This document shows, one piece after another, positions 10,150 to 18,956 of a stretch of 64,000 nucleotides of DNA. This stretch comes from an uncultured Chloroflexia bacterium. GTDB lineage: Bacteria > Chloroflexota > Anaerolineae > JAAYZQ01. Where the stretch lies: assembly GCA_963700285.1 (NCBI GenBank), contig CAVOXA010000014.1, positions 864,001 through 928,000 of the forward strand, given 5' to 3'. Numbering within the stretch: position 1 is the first letter of the stretch; the number at the start of each line of letters is the position of its first letter. The notes under the pieces were generated by a model. The model did no database searches and was not told the origin of the DNA. It saw only the letters and a list, made by a program, of their open reading frames with translations. The translations under genes and the position numbers were made by a program.

Positions 10150-12624
10150 CTATCGCCCCCAACCAATCTTCTCATTCTGCCACTCATAGGCCAGCCCGCC
10201 GCCGCCGATATCAAAGAGCTTACTGCGATTGGACCCATCGGGGCTCATGACCCACACAGCCCAGACCCCACCCTGGTTCGATACGTAAGCCAGGCTCTTG
10301 CCGTCCGGCGACCAGACAGGTAAGCCGTCATGCGCCGCGTCTTGGGTCAACCGCTTCAAACCGGTACCGTCCGCGTTCATGACATAGACTTCCCAGTTCC
10401 CATCACGGCTAGACATAAAAGCGATCCTTCCGTCCGCAGGATTGGGAGAAACGGCTGGGGCTGCATCTTCTTGGTGTTCCGTCAGTTGCGTGGCGGGATG
10501 AGCGCCTTGCCCTGAGGGGATAATAAAAAGGCCACAACGAGCCGGCTCCACCGTATTGTCACAACCCCTGTAAACGATCCGATGGTCTGGTGTCCACGTA
10601 GGACTGTCACCTCGGACGTCATCCGGACCAAAATTCAGGGGGCGGCCTTCCTGCTGGCGCCCCTCAAAGGGTACCTCGTCCATCACATAGATGCGAGATT
10701 GCTTGTCCCCGTGCATGGTCGAGCTGAAAGCCAGCCGGTTGTCCGCGGACGACCAGGCTGGCCGATTGTCCTCGATGTGCTTGCTGATTTCCTTCAAGCT
10801 GCTGCCATCAGGGCGCAGGATGAACAGATTCATCTGCTCGTGCCGCTCACCGTTCACCGACAGCCACTGCCCATCCGGGCTGAACGATGGTTGGTGCATT
10901 TCCTCTACAACGAGACGGCGATCACTGCCATCCGCATTGATCACAAATGTATCGTACTTGCCCCGCTCGCGGTTCCAGACCGGGAAGACAAAGCGCCCGC
11001 TCGCAGACGGTGGCGGGGCAGCCGGCTTTGAAGCACTCGGGGTGGTCTGGGGTGTAGCATCGGGAACGGGAGAGGATAGAGCTACAACTGTTGGAGAAGG
11101 TCGATCCCCTTCACAGACCTCCTTGGCCTCCAGAGCCAAGGAATCCCCGGCGTCGAGGGCCAGGGCCTGCCCAGCATAGGTCGTAGCGTCGTCACACTGC
11201 CCTTGGGAAGCGAGTATCGCTGCCATCAGAGAATAGCTATCCGCGTCCTGAGCCCCTGCCGAGAGGGCCTGCTGCAATGAGGACTGGGCTTGGTCGATCT
11301 GGCCCGCTAGGTAGTAAGCCTTGCCGAGGGCAATGTAAGTTGCGGCTTTGGGACGCAGGGCCAGCGCATCCTGAAAAATAGGAACAGCCGTGGAAGGATC
11401 CCCTGCCTCCAACAACAAAAGGCCCAGTTCATGGCGGCGAAGCCAGAGTTCAGGCTGCAGTCCTGCTGCACGCTGCAATTCGCTGGCCGCCTGCCCCAGG
11501 TCATTGTCAGCGACCTGATAGAGCCAGCCGCGGATGCGATGCGCGTTGGCGTTTTGGCTGTCATGCACCAAGGCCAGATCAGCCGCGTCGCCCGCGTCCT
11601 GCAGCCTGCCCTGGCTCATCAAGGCTTCCGCCATGGCCGCAAGCGCCTCCGGGCTCTCGGCGTTCAATTCTACGGCAACTTTTGCCCAGGACAGCGCTGA
11701 GGTCTGGTCCCCAGCCTCGAGATAGGCCCGAGACAGTACTGTCGCCGCATCACCGCTGGTAGGATCAAGTCCGACCGCCTTTCTCGCATGCACCAGTGCC
11801 TGGTCCGGCTCGTCGTCCAAGAGCAACGCCCAGGCCCAACCAACTTCCGGCACGGCATCGTCAGGTGCTTGGCGCGCAAGTTCCTCATAGATGGCAACAG
11901 CTTCTTCGAGTTTGCTGCGCTGGGTCAGGGCCTGCGCTTGGAGCAAAAAGCCCTCTACATCTGGTTCGGTAGCGCCCGGGGTCACGGCACTCACCACGCG
12001 GGTGCTCGGCACGCCGGTTGCTGAGGGTATCTCGGCGACGACGGTCTGGGCCAACGCCGTAGGAGATGCTATTTCCACCTCAGGCGTCGGCGAATTCTGG
12101 GCATCCTGGCCAGGGGAGTCTGGCGAGTCATTCATCAGGTTATAGATGGCCACGCCGCCGAGGATAAGCATGAGCGCCGCCGCGGCCACAATCACGGCAA
12201 TGACCCATACCCGTCTCCCGGTTCTGTCCGGTGGAGGGGATGTGGGAACGGGGGACAGGGGAACCACGACCTTGTCCGTCCCGGTCTTTTCGTCTTCTTG
12301 GGCCACCTCTTGGTACGCTAACTCTGCGTCTCCGATGGAGATCAGCTCGCCGTCCTGCAGTACGTGGGGAGCGGCCAGGCGGACACCGTTGACCAGCGTG
12401 CCATTGGCGCTACCCAGATCGGTAAGGACGTAGCCATCTCCTTCCCGGACCACGCGGGCATGATACCGTGACACTTTCGGATCGTTCAGCCTGAGTGCAT
12501 TGTCCTCAGCCCGGCCAATGCCCAGCTCGGCTTCAAGCACGAGGCTCTGGATTTCGCCCCCGGCCACCCTTACCAGCAGGCATGGGGAGCGCGGAGACTC
12601 GCCCTTTGCTGTGCGATTGGTCAT
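10150..12624 (-). CDS. Membrane protein: FHA domain - TM helix - Pro/Thr linker - TPR repeats - PD40/TolB-like beta-propeller
   Basis: FHA motif IGR...VSRYHA...DLGSANGT.VNG, hydrophobic VWVIAVIVAAAALMLILGGVAIY, Ala-rich TPR repeats, and PSFSPDG/PVWSPDG repeats. Confidence 0.85.
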   Translation of the reverse strand: MTNRTAKGESPRSPCLLVRVAGGEIQSLVLEAELGIGRAEDNALRLNDPKVSRYHARVVREGDGYVLTDLGSANGTLVNGVRLAAPHVLQDGELISIGDAELAYQEVAQEDEKTGTDKVVVPLSPVPTSPPPDRTGRRVWVIAVIVAAAALMLILGGVAIYNLMNDSPDSPGQDAQNSPTPEVEIASPTALAQTVVAEIPSATGVPSTRVVSAVTPGATEPDVEGFLLQAQALTQRSKLEEAVAIYEELARQAPDDAVPEVGWAWALLLDDEPDQALVHARKAVGLDPTSGDAATVLSRAYLEAGDQTSALSWAKVAVELNAESPEALAAMAEALMSQGRLQDAGDAADLALVHDSQNANAHRIRGWLYQVADNDLGQAASELQRAAGLQPELWLRRHELGLLLLEAGDPSTAVPIFQDALALRPKAATYIALGKAYYLAGQIDQAQSSLQQALSAGAQDADSYSLMAAILASQGQCDDATTYAGQALALDAGDSLALEAKEVCEGDRPSPTVVALSSPVPDATPQTTPSASKPAAPPPSASGRFVFPVWNRERGKYDTFVINADGSDRRLVVEEMHQPSFSPDGQWLSVNGERHEQMNLFILRPDGSSLKEISKHIEDNRPAWSSADNRLAFSSTMHGDKQSRIYVMDEVPFEGRQQEGRPLNFGPDDVRGDSPTWTPDHRIVYRGCDNTVEPARCGLFIIPSGQGAHPATQLTEHQEDAAPAVSPNPADGRIAFMSSRDGNWEVYVMNADGTGLKRLTQDAAHDGLPVWSPDGKSLAYVSNQGGVWAVWVMSPDGSNRSKLFDIGGGGLAYEWQNEKIGWGR

Positions 12625-14606
12625 TACCCGCTCCTTTCCTCCATCGTTGCCAGACTCTCGGCCTGAAGGCCCAGCCGTTTGAGATGAACCAACAGCACCG
12701 TAATGTCAGCCGGGTTGACCCCAGCCAACCGAGCTGCCTGGCCGACCGTTGCCGGCCGGATACTACTCAGCTTTTCGCGCGCTTCTGTACAAAGACCCAT
12801 CAGATGCTCATAGTCCAGGCCTGGCGGGATGCGGCGATCCTCTAGACGTCGAAAGCGAGCCACCTCGGCGTGTTGCTTCTCAATATAGCCAGCATACTTG
12901 GCCTCGATCTGCACCTGCTCGGCGACGTCGAGCGCACACGCCTCAGGAGGCGGGACCAGAGCGGCCACGAGATCATACTGAACCTCAGGACGCCGGAGGA
13001 ATTGCAGGGCATTGACTCCATCGGATAGAGGCCGCAGGCCATGCTCGACCAAAAGCATATTCATGCCAGCGTGGCCGGGGCGAAGCCAGGTTGTTTCAAG
13101 TCGCTCCAACTCGGTCTCCACAGCCCGTCGCTTGGTGACGATGGCATTGTACCTTTCCTGCGATAATAGGCCCACCTGGTGGCCAATCTCACTCAGGCGC
13201 AGATCCGCATTGTCCTGGCGCAGCAAGAGTCTGTACTCAGCCCTGCTGGTCATGATCCGGTAAGGCTCAGAGATCTGCTTGGTCACCAGATCATCGATCA
13301 GCACGCCGATGTAGGCCTGATCGCGACGTAGAATGATGGAAGGTCGTTCCTGGACCTTTAGCGCGGCATTGATCCCGGCGATGAGGCCCTGGGCCGCAGC
13401 TTCCTCATAGCCACTGGTTCCATTGATCTGCCCGGCATGGAAAAGGCCCTCGATGCGTTTTGTCTCCAGCCCAGCATCCACTTCCTGGCAGGGTACGCCA
13501 TCGTACTCGATGGCATAACCAGGGCGCATGATCTCCGCCTGTCGCAGTGCGGGGATGGAATGAAGCATGTCCAGTTGGACCTCTTCAGGCATGCCAGTGA
13601 AAAAACCCTGGACGTATACCTCGCCAGTATGCCAACCCTCAGGTTCCAAAAAGAGCTGGTGCCGCTCCTTTTGAGGAAAGCGCACGACCTTTTCCTCGAA
13701 GCTGGGACAGTAGCGTGGCCCGAGTGCATCCAGTTTCCCCGGGGCAATGGGCGACCGGTGAAGGCTATGGCGTACCACTTGCAGGGTCTCTGGCGTGGTG
13801 TACACCGAGTAACAAGGCAGTTGAGGCCGCCACGAAGGCATCTCTGCCACCGGATACACAGGGTTTGGAGGGTCCGTGAGAAAAGATGGCACCAAAGGGT
13901 GCATACCCGACACACAGTCCGCGGCATTGGCGGCTGAGAAGTAGAGCGGTACCGGGCTGCCCAACTGAGGCACAGTCAGGGAAAAGTCAATGGTACGGGC
14001 GTCAACCCGAGGTGGCGTATTGGTCTGCAGGCGGATCAGAGGAAAACCGAGAGCGCGAAGACAAGCAGAAAGACCCGTAGCGGGAACCTCGCCAGCGCGT
14101 CCCGCAGGCCAACTCTGTTCGCCGGATAGGACCCGGCCGCCGAGAAAGGTGCCAGTCGTCAGAATAACCGTACGCCCGCGAATTTGGCCGCCCGTGTGCG
14201 TAACAACGCCTCGCACCCGGTCTCCCTTGACAACCAGGCTCTCGATTCGAGCCTGCTTGAGATGGAGCCGCGGCGTATTCTCCAGAACGTGCTTCATCCG
14301 CAGCGAGTAGCGGCGCTTGTCCGCCTGAGCACGCAAAGCCTGTACGGCAGGTCCCTTGCTCTGGTTCAACAACCGGATCTGGATAGAGCTGTCATCGATC
14401 GCACTGGCCATCTCGCCGCCGAGTGCGTCGATCTCGCGCACAAGATGCCCCTTGCCTGGCCCGCCAATGCTTGGATTGCAGGGCATCTGGGCGATAAGGT
14501 CCAGGTTCATCGTCAACAGCAGCGTGCGTGCACCCATCCTTGCAGCCGCCAGGGCTGCCTCACAACCTGCATGCCCCGCACCGACGACGATCACGTCATA
14601 TTTCAA
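12624..14606 (-). CDS. mnmG: tRNA uridine-5-carboxymethylaminomethyl(34) synthesis enzyme MnmG/GidA
   Basis: YDVIVVGAGHAGCEAA, CNPSIGG, GPRYCPS and AGQINGTSGYEEAAAQG motifs. TTG start at 14606 follows GGAGGGAG. The longer ORF-track N-terminus overlaps the opposite gene and is spurious. Confidence 0.95.
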   Translation of the reverse strand: MKYDVIVVGAGHAGCEAALAAARMGARTLLLTMNLDLIAQMPCNPSIGGPGKGHLVREIDALGGEMASAIDDSSIQIRLLNQSKGPAVQALRAQADKRRYSLRMKHVLENTPRLHLKQARIESLVVKGDRVRGVVTHTGGQIRGRTVILTTGTFLGGRVLSGEQSWPAGRAGEVPATGLSACLRALGFPLIRLQTNTPPRVDARTIDFSLTVPQLGSPVPLYFSAANAADCVSGMHPLVPSFLTDPPNPVYPVAEMPSWRPQLPCYSVYTTPETLQVVRHSLHRSPIAPGKLDALGPRYCPSFEEKVVRFPQKERHQLFLEPEGWHTGEVYVQGFFTGMPEEVQLDMLHSIPALRQAEIMRPGYAIEYDGVPCQEVDAGLETKRIEGLFHAGQINGTSGYEEAAAQGLIAGINAALKVQERPSIILRRDQAYIGVLIDDLVTKQISEPYRIMTSRAEYRLLLRQDNADLRLSEIGHQVGLLSQERYNAIVTKRRAVETELERLETTWLRPGHAGMNMLLVEHGLRPLSDGVNALQFLRRPEVQYDLVAALVPPPEACALDVAEQVQIEAKYAGYIEKQHAEVARFRRLEDRRIPPGLDYEHLMGLCTEAREKLSSIRPATVGQAARLAGVNPADITVLLVHLKRLGLQAESLATMEERSG

Positions 14607-14648
14607 AAAGCCATTCTCCCTCCAACTGTCTTCCCGATCCAAGTTCAG

Positions 14649-14735
14649 ATTATACCAGGGATCATGGCTGAGGGCAACAGTTCTTCCGAGTCTGGTGAAA
14701 GCCAGCTTGTCGAATACCCCCTTCTGAAGTATAAT
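14649..14735. promoter_or_regulatory. Divergent promoters for mnmG and ABC1 kinase 1
   Basis: Minus TGGTATAAT at 14649-14657. Plus TTGTCG(14707)-17 bp-TATAAT(14730). Confidence 0.55.
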
Positions 14736-14796
14736 CCAGACTCGGGAAACCACCCGCTTCACGGAATCCTGAGTGTCTGGAGCAGAAAAGAGACCT

Positions 14797-16494
14797 ATGT
14801 CCATCCCATTCCCATTCCACCGTCGTATCGCGGAGATTGGACGAGTCCGCCGCATCACCGAGGTCCTCGTGCGCAACGGCCTGGGCTTCTTGGTGTCGCA
14901 GCTCGCGCTGGACCGCTTCCTGCCCCGCTTCATGCGCCGGTCTCAGATCCGCACGGATGCGGCGGCGAACCACCGCACCGTGCCAGAGCGATTGCGCCAC
15001 ACCTTCGAGGATTTGGGCGGCACCTACGTCAAACTGGGTCAATTCCTCAGCGGGCGAGCAGATCTCCTCCCGCCAGCGTACATTGAAGAGCTATCCAAGC
15101 TGCTGGATGCGGCGCCCAAAGTCCCGGCTGAGGAGATACGAGAGGTCATTGAGCGGGAACTCGACGCGCCCATCGAGGATCTTTTTTCTGTCTTTGATGA
15201 CGTCCCCATCGCTTCCGCCTCCATCGGCCAGGTACACCGAGCTACCCTGCCCGACGGCCATGAGGTCGTAGTCAAGGTTCAGAGACCGGGGATCGACGAA
15301 GTGGTAGATGCGGACCTGGACCTATTCCTGCGCCAGGCACGTTTTCTCGAGAGACGTTCGGAGACGATGCGTGGCTACAACCTGGTGGCCATCACCGAGG
15401 AGCTGTCCAGGTCGATACGCGAGGAATTGGACTACCAGATCGAAGGGCGCAACGCCGAGCGCTTGCGAAACAACCTCAGCGCAGATGGTCGCTTCAGGGT
15501 TCCTCAGGTATTCTGGGGCTTGACAACCCGGCGAGTCATTACCTTGGAGTACCTCGACGGCATCAAGTTCAACGAGCTAGACCGCATGCGCAAGGCTGAC
15601 TATGATCTGACATCGGTCGCTCAGGTCACCATTGAGGGCTATCTCAAGCAGATCTTTGTCGATGGCTTTTACCACGCCGATGCCCACCCAGCAAACCTCA
15701 TGGTGGTGGACTTTCAGATCGGCTTTCTTGATTTCGGCAACGTTGGCCATCTGACGCCCAGGCAAAAAGAGCTGCTAGGGGACATATTCCTGCAGATCCT
15801 CGATGAAGACGCGGGCGGTGTGGCCAGGACCGTGATCAAGATGGGTGCGACCCGAGGCCGTCCTGATCTAGAATCCATGGAGCGGGACCTGAATCGCCTT
15901 CTGGTACGCTATTGGGGCATCCCACTGGATCAACTACCGGTGGGCGAAATGCTGGCCGAAGTGTTCGAGACCGCCCACCAGTACAAAGTGTACTTGCCGG
16001 GTGATCTAGCCCTGCTGGCCCGAACCATCATTACCCTGGAGGGTACCGGCCGTGCGCTAGATCCCGAGTTTCTGCTCGTAGACGCGGTACGCCCCTTTGC
16101 CGAACGGCTGGTCCGTGAGCGGCTCTCTCCGGTATTGGCCGGACGGCGTGCGCTGCGAACCATGCGTCAAGCCGCAGATCTGGCTCAATCCTTCCCTCGA
16201 CGCCTGGATGACCTCTGGGATCAACTGGAGGAAGGCGAGATCACGGTCGGGGTTGAGATACGGCGCCTGGAAGTGGTCATCAACAAGGCGAACAGCATGA
16301 TCAACCGGGTCGTCTTTGGGGTAGTCGTGGCAGCCCTCATCATCGGCTCGGCGCTGATCTTGCGGGCTGGTGAAGGGGCGCGGGAATTCGCCCTTCTGGG
16401 CTTGAGCGTTCCCGTGGCAGAGCTATCGTTTATTGGAGCGGTGCTGGCCGCGGCCTGGCTGCTGATTTCGATGGTCCGGTCGCGCAATATCTGA
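14797..16494 (+). CDS. ABC1/UbiB/AarF family atypical kinase with two C-terminal TM helices
   Basis: YVKLGQ, ASASIGQVH, VVVKVQRPG, YHADAHPAN and DFG motifs. Confidence 0.92.
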   Translation: MSIPFPFHRRIAEIGRVRRITEVLVRNGLGFLVSQLALDRFLPRFMRRSQIRTDAAANHRTVPERLRHTFEDLGGTYVKLGQFLSGRADLLPPAYIEELSKLLDAAPKVPAEEIREVIERELDAPIEDLFSVFDDVPIASASIGQVHRATLPDGHEVVVKVQRPGIDEVVDADLDLFLRQARFLERRSETMRGYNLVAITEELSRSIREELDYQIEGRNAERLRNNLSADGRFRVPQVFWGLTTRRVITLEYLDGIKFNELDRMRKADYDLTSVAQVTIEGYLKQIFVDGFYHADAHPANLMVVDFQIGFLDFGNVGHLTPRQKELLGDIFLQILDEDAGGVARTVIKMGATRGRPDLESMERDLNRLLVRYWGIPLDQLPVGEMLAEVFETAHQYKVYLPGDLALLARTIITLEGTGRALDPEFLLVDAVRPFAERLVRERLSPVLAGRRALRTMRQAADLAQSFPRRLDDLWDQLEEGEITVGVEIRRLEVVINKANSMINRVVFGVVVAALIIGSALILRAGEGAREFALLGLSVPVAELSFIGAVLAAAWLLISMVRSRNI

Positions 16495-16591
16495 CGGGTC
16501 ACGGCTATCGCAAAAGTGCCCAGTGCCGGAACTCCCCGCTAGCAAGGCCCGCGCTGGCCGGCACACGGCGGGCCAATACACCCTGGTTTGT

Positions 16592-16960
16592 CTAGCTCTC
16601 TCGCCTTAGCGGCTCAACGTTAAACCCGGGACCGACTGTGACCTCCGTTGGAACAGCTACCTGCAATGGATACGCCCGCCAGAAAAGCTCGGCCGCACAG
16701 GAAAAGATAGCCACGCCAGCCTGGCGGCGATGGCCATTGGTCTGGAGATAGAGCTTGACGATCTCAATATCCTCCTTGATCGCCTCGCGGCAGTCAGGCT
16801 GCGGGCCACACTCATTGAGGCGAACTTGCACTTGCTGTTGAAACTCATCGTAGGCAGATGCACGTCGATGGGGAGTATCCAGGCACAGATAGGCACTCAG
16901 GGTAATGCCTCCATGGCTTTTGAACGACTGCAGCATTTTGAGATCGTTGTCCGGGATCAA
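16592..16960 (-). CDS. Small protein resembling the N-terminal domain of bacterial aRF1/eRF1-like (baeRF) release factors
   Basis: TLSAYL...GVAIFS....FWRAYPL.V.V...V.VG..F.V.PL pattern. Strong GGAGGT SD before TTG and its own promoter. Confidence 0.6.
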   Translation of the reverse strand: MIPDNDLKMLQSFKSHGGITLSAYLCLDTPHRRASAYDEFQQQVQVRLNECGPQPDCREAIKEDIEIVKLYLQTNGHRRQAGVAIFSCAAELFWRAYPLQVAVPTEVTVGPGFNVEPLRRES

Positions 16961-17032
16961 CCATACCTCCGATGTCTAGAGACCTTGGCTATGGGAGCCT
17001 CAATGCCATAAAACTCATGTAGGTGGAAAGAC

Positions 17033-17062
17033 AGTATAGCACACGCGCCAAGACGATGTCAA
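17033..17062 (-). promoter_or_regulatory. Sigma70-type promoter for the 16592-16960 gene
   Basis: Minus TTGACA-18 bp-TATACT with an extended TG. Confidence 0.65.
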
Positions 17063-17193
17063 ATTGATAGCCAACTTTGGCGGGTCAAGGGGGTGAGAAT
17101 TGGTAGCAAGACACCGATCGCGATGGGTCAATCATCGCGGTTCCTCAAGCCACCCTCTGGCCCTGTGACATTGCCCTGGTCCTGACCACAAAC

Positions 17194-18948
17194 CTAGCGA
17201 TCTGTGACGGTGAGAGGCAGGTATGCTTGGAATCTGGTCACATTGAGAAAGACAGCGCTGAGCGCTCCCCAGTGACCATCCGCATCACGGCCCCGCACAT
17301 AGATGATGTGCCGCCCTACGCTCAAGCCGGTCGTATCGACGCCGGCCTCCACCACCTCAATGGTCTCATCGAACGCTCCATCCACAGCAATCATAGACTG
17401 CGTGATGGGTGTGGTAGTCGTGATCCAGGGAGGAGTGTCCACATAGTAGGCGGCCGTGGCGATGCTCTGCATGGGCTCGGACCCGCCAGAATGGTTATAC
17501 CGGGTGTCGTCCATGGTGGCCACCAGTTGTGCGGGGTCACCGGCAGCCACATCGCGCGGCAGGACTGATAATTGCAGTGCATCCGGACCATTGGGAGTAA
17601 CAAAGGGGGTACGAGGCACTTTGGCCGCGTAGAGCAAGGTTCCGAGATTCTCCTGCATGATCTGCTGGAGATCGTTGCAGGGTTGGAAGAAGGTCTCGCC
17701 TAGCTCAAAGGTGAATGCAGGAATGCCCAGCTCTCCATATACCCAATCGGTCGTGTCGCCCGTGGTAGGGTAGAGTTGGGCAGACTGTTCAGGCACATAC
17801 TTGTTCCAGTAAGCGAATTTCCGCCCCAGCGTCTGCATCTGGTTGCCGTTGGGAGCACTTGAGTAGGTCCAACCCCAGGGCCAAAGCACCAGGTTGCCGT
17901 AGGAATGCAGCGAGATCAAGACACCGGTGGTATCGCTGGGTGAGGGAGAGACGTCATCATCAGGGCGCTGGTCAGCAAAGATAGAACGGACCAGGGCGTT
18001 GAGGTGGTAGGTCTCGGGCTCTGATGCCGGACCCGGTCCCTGAAAGGTCTCCGCGCAGGGATCGATACCGGCGCCGCCCCATCGATAGGGGTTGTTGCGG
18101 TTCAGATCCACGCCATAATGGTTGCCGCCCCATCGATCACAGATGCTGCACTGGCCCGCGGTATCGTTGAGATTTTTCCGCTGATAGCACCCGCCCTCCA
18201 CCATTTGCCGTGCATCTGGATTGGCGGTGACGATGATATAGACCTCATGATAGTCCACGATCCAGGTCACGTCAGGATCACTGCCATAGCTCTTTAGCAA
18301 GTGATCCGCAAAGAACATGGCTGTTTCCGGAGTCGTCAATTCGCGGCCATGGATATTGGCCATCAGAAAGAAACGCGGTTTCGGTCGTTTGACCTGGGAG
18401 TTGGTGATTTTTAGGACCCAGAGATCGTACCCCGATAGGCCCTGCGTTTTCCGCCAGCTATCGCCATAGTCCTGCAACTCGGTCAGACCAGGATACGCTG
18501 CGTGAAGCCCCTGGAGTCCCGTGTACAGGGCGTCCACGTCCCGATAGCAGGAGTAGCCCGGCGACCCCAGGATCAACGGCTGCATCTCCTCCGATACCAA
18601 CTCCAGATCGTAACCCAGAGAGCGCAGTTGGACCGTGTCCTGGGCCCCCAGTGCCATGACGGCATAGCCAGACTCAGGTCTGACCTCCCAAATAGCGTGG
18701 TCCACTGCCAGCTCAGCCAGCCGGTCCGGGCTGCCAAAGTATACGAGATAAACGCCGGCCTCGCCTTGACTCACTGGCAGGCTAGAGCCGTTCCAAGACC
18801 CCGCGTGTGCCCCTTCAAACCCGCCCGCAGTCTGTACCAGACCTTCCTCTGGCGGAAAAGGCAGGTGATTGTCGCTGACAATGAGCAGGGGGCTCGTCAG
18901 CAACATGATTCCGAAGAAGAGATTGGCAAAGCCCAACCTGCCCGGCAT
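17194..18948 (-). CDS. Secreted M14 zinc carboxypeptidase (carboxypeptidase T-like)
   Basis: Signal-like N-terminus, HGRE (HxxE), RKN, GVDLNRN, SLHSYG and FELG motifs, an Ig-like tail and a C-terminal AYLPLTV motif. Confidence 0.9.
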   Translation of the reverse strand: MPGRLGFANLFFGIMLLTSPLLIVSDNHLPFPPEEGLVQTAGGFEGAHAGSWNGSSLPVSQGEAGVYLVYFGSPDRLAELAVDHAIWEVRPESGYAVMALGAQDTVQLRSLGYDLELVSEEMQPLILGSPGYSCYRDVDALYTGLQGLHAAYPGLTELQDYGDSWRKTQGLSGYDLWVLKITNSQVKRPKPRFFLMANIHGRELTTPETAMFFADHLLKSYGSDPDVTWIVDYHEVYIIVTANPDARQMVEGGCYQRKNLNDTAGQCSICDRWGGNHYGVDLNRNNPYRWGGAGIDPCAETFQGPGPASEPETYHLNALVRSIFADQRPDDDVSPSPSDTTGVLISLHSYGNLVLWPWGWTYSSAPNGNQMQTLGRKFAYWNKYVPEQSAQLYPTTGDTTDWVYGELGIPAFTFELGETFFQPCNDLQQIMQENLGTLLYAAKVPRTPFVTPNGPDALQLSVLPRDVAAGDPAQLVATMDDTRYNHSGGSEPMQSIATAAYYVDTPPWITTTTPITQSMIAVDGAFDETIEVVEAGVDTTGLSVGRHIIYVRGRDADGHWGALSAVFLNVTRFQAYLPLTVTDR

Positions 18949-18956
18949 CTCACCCC

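Noticed and set aside
14607-14933. N-terminal extension of the mnmG ORF
   Set aside because: It overlaps promoters and the opposite-strand kinase; homology starts at KYDVIVVG.
16546-16574. GGCCCGC/GCGGGCC inverted repeat between convergent genes
   Set aside because: Plausible terminator, but the loop is long and there is no U-tract; insufficient support.
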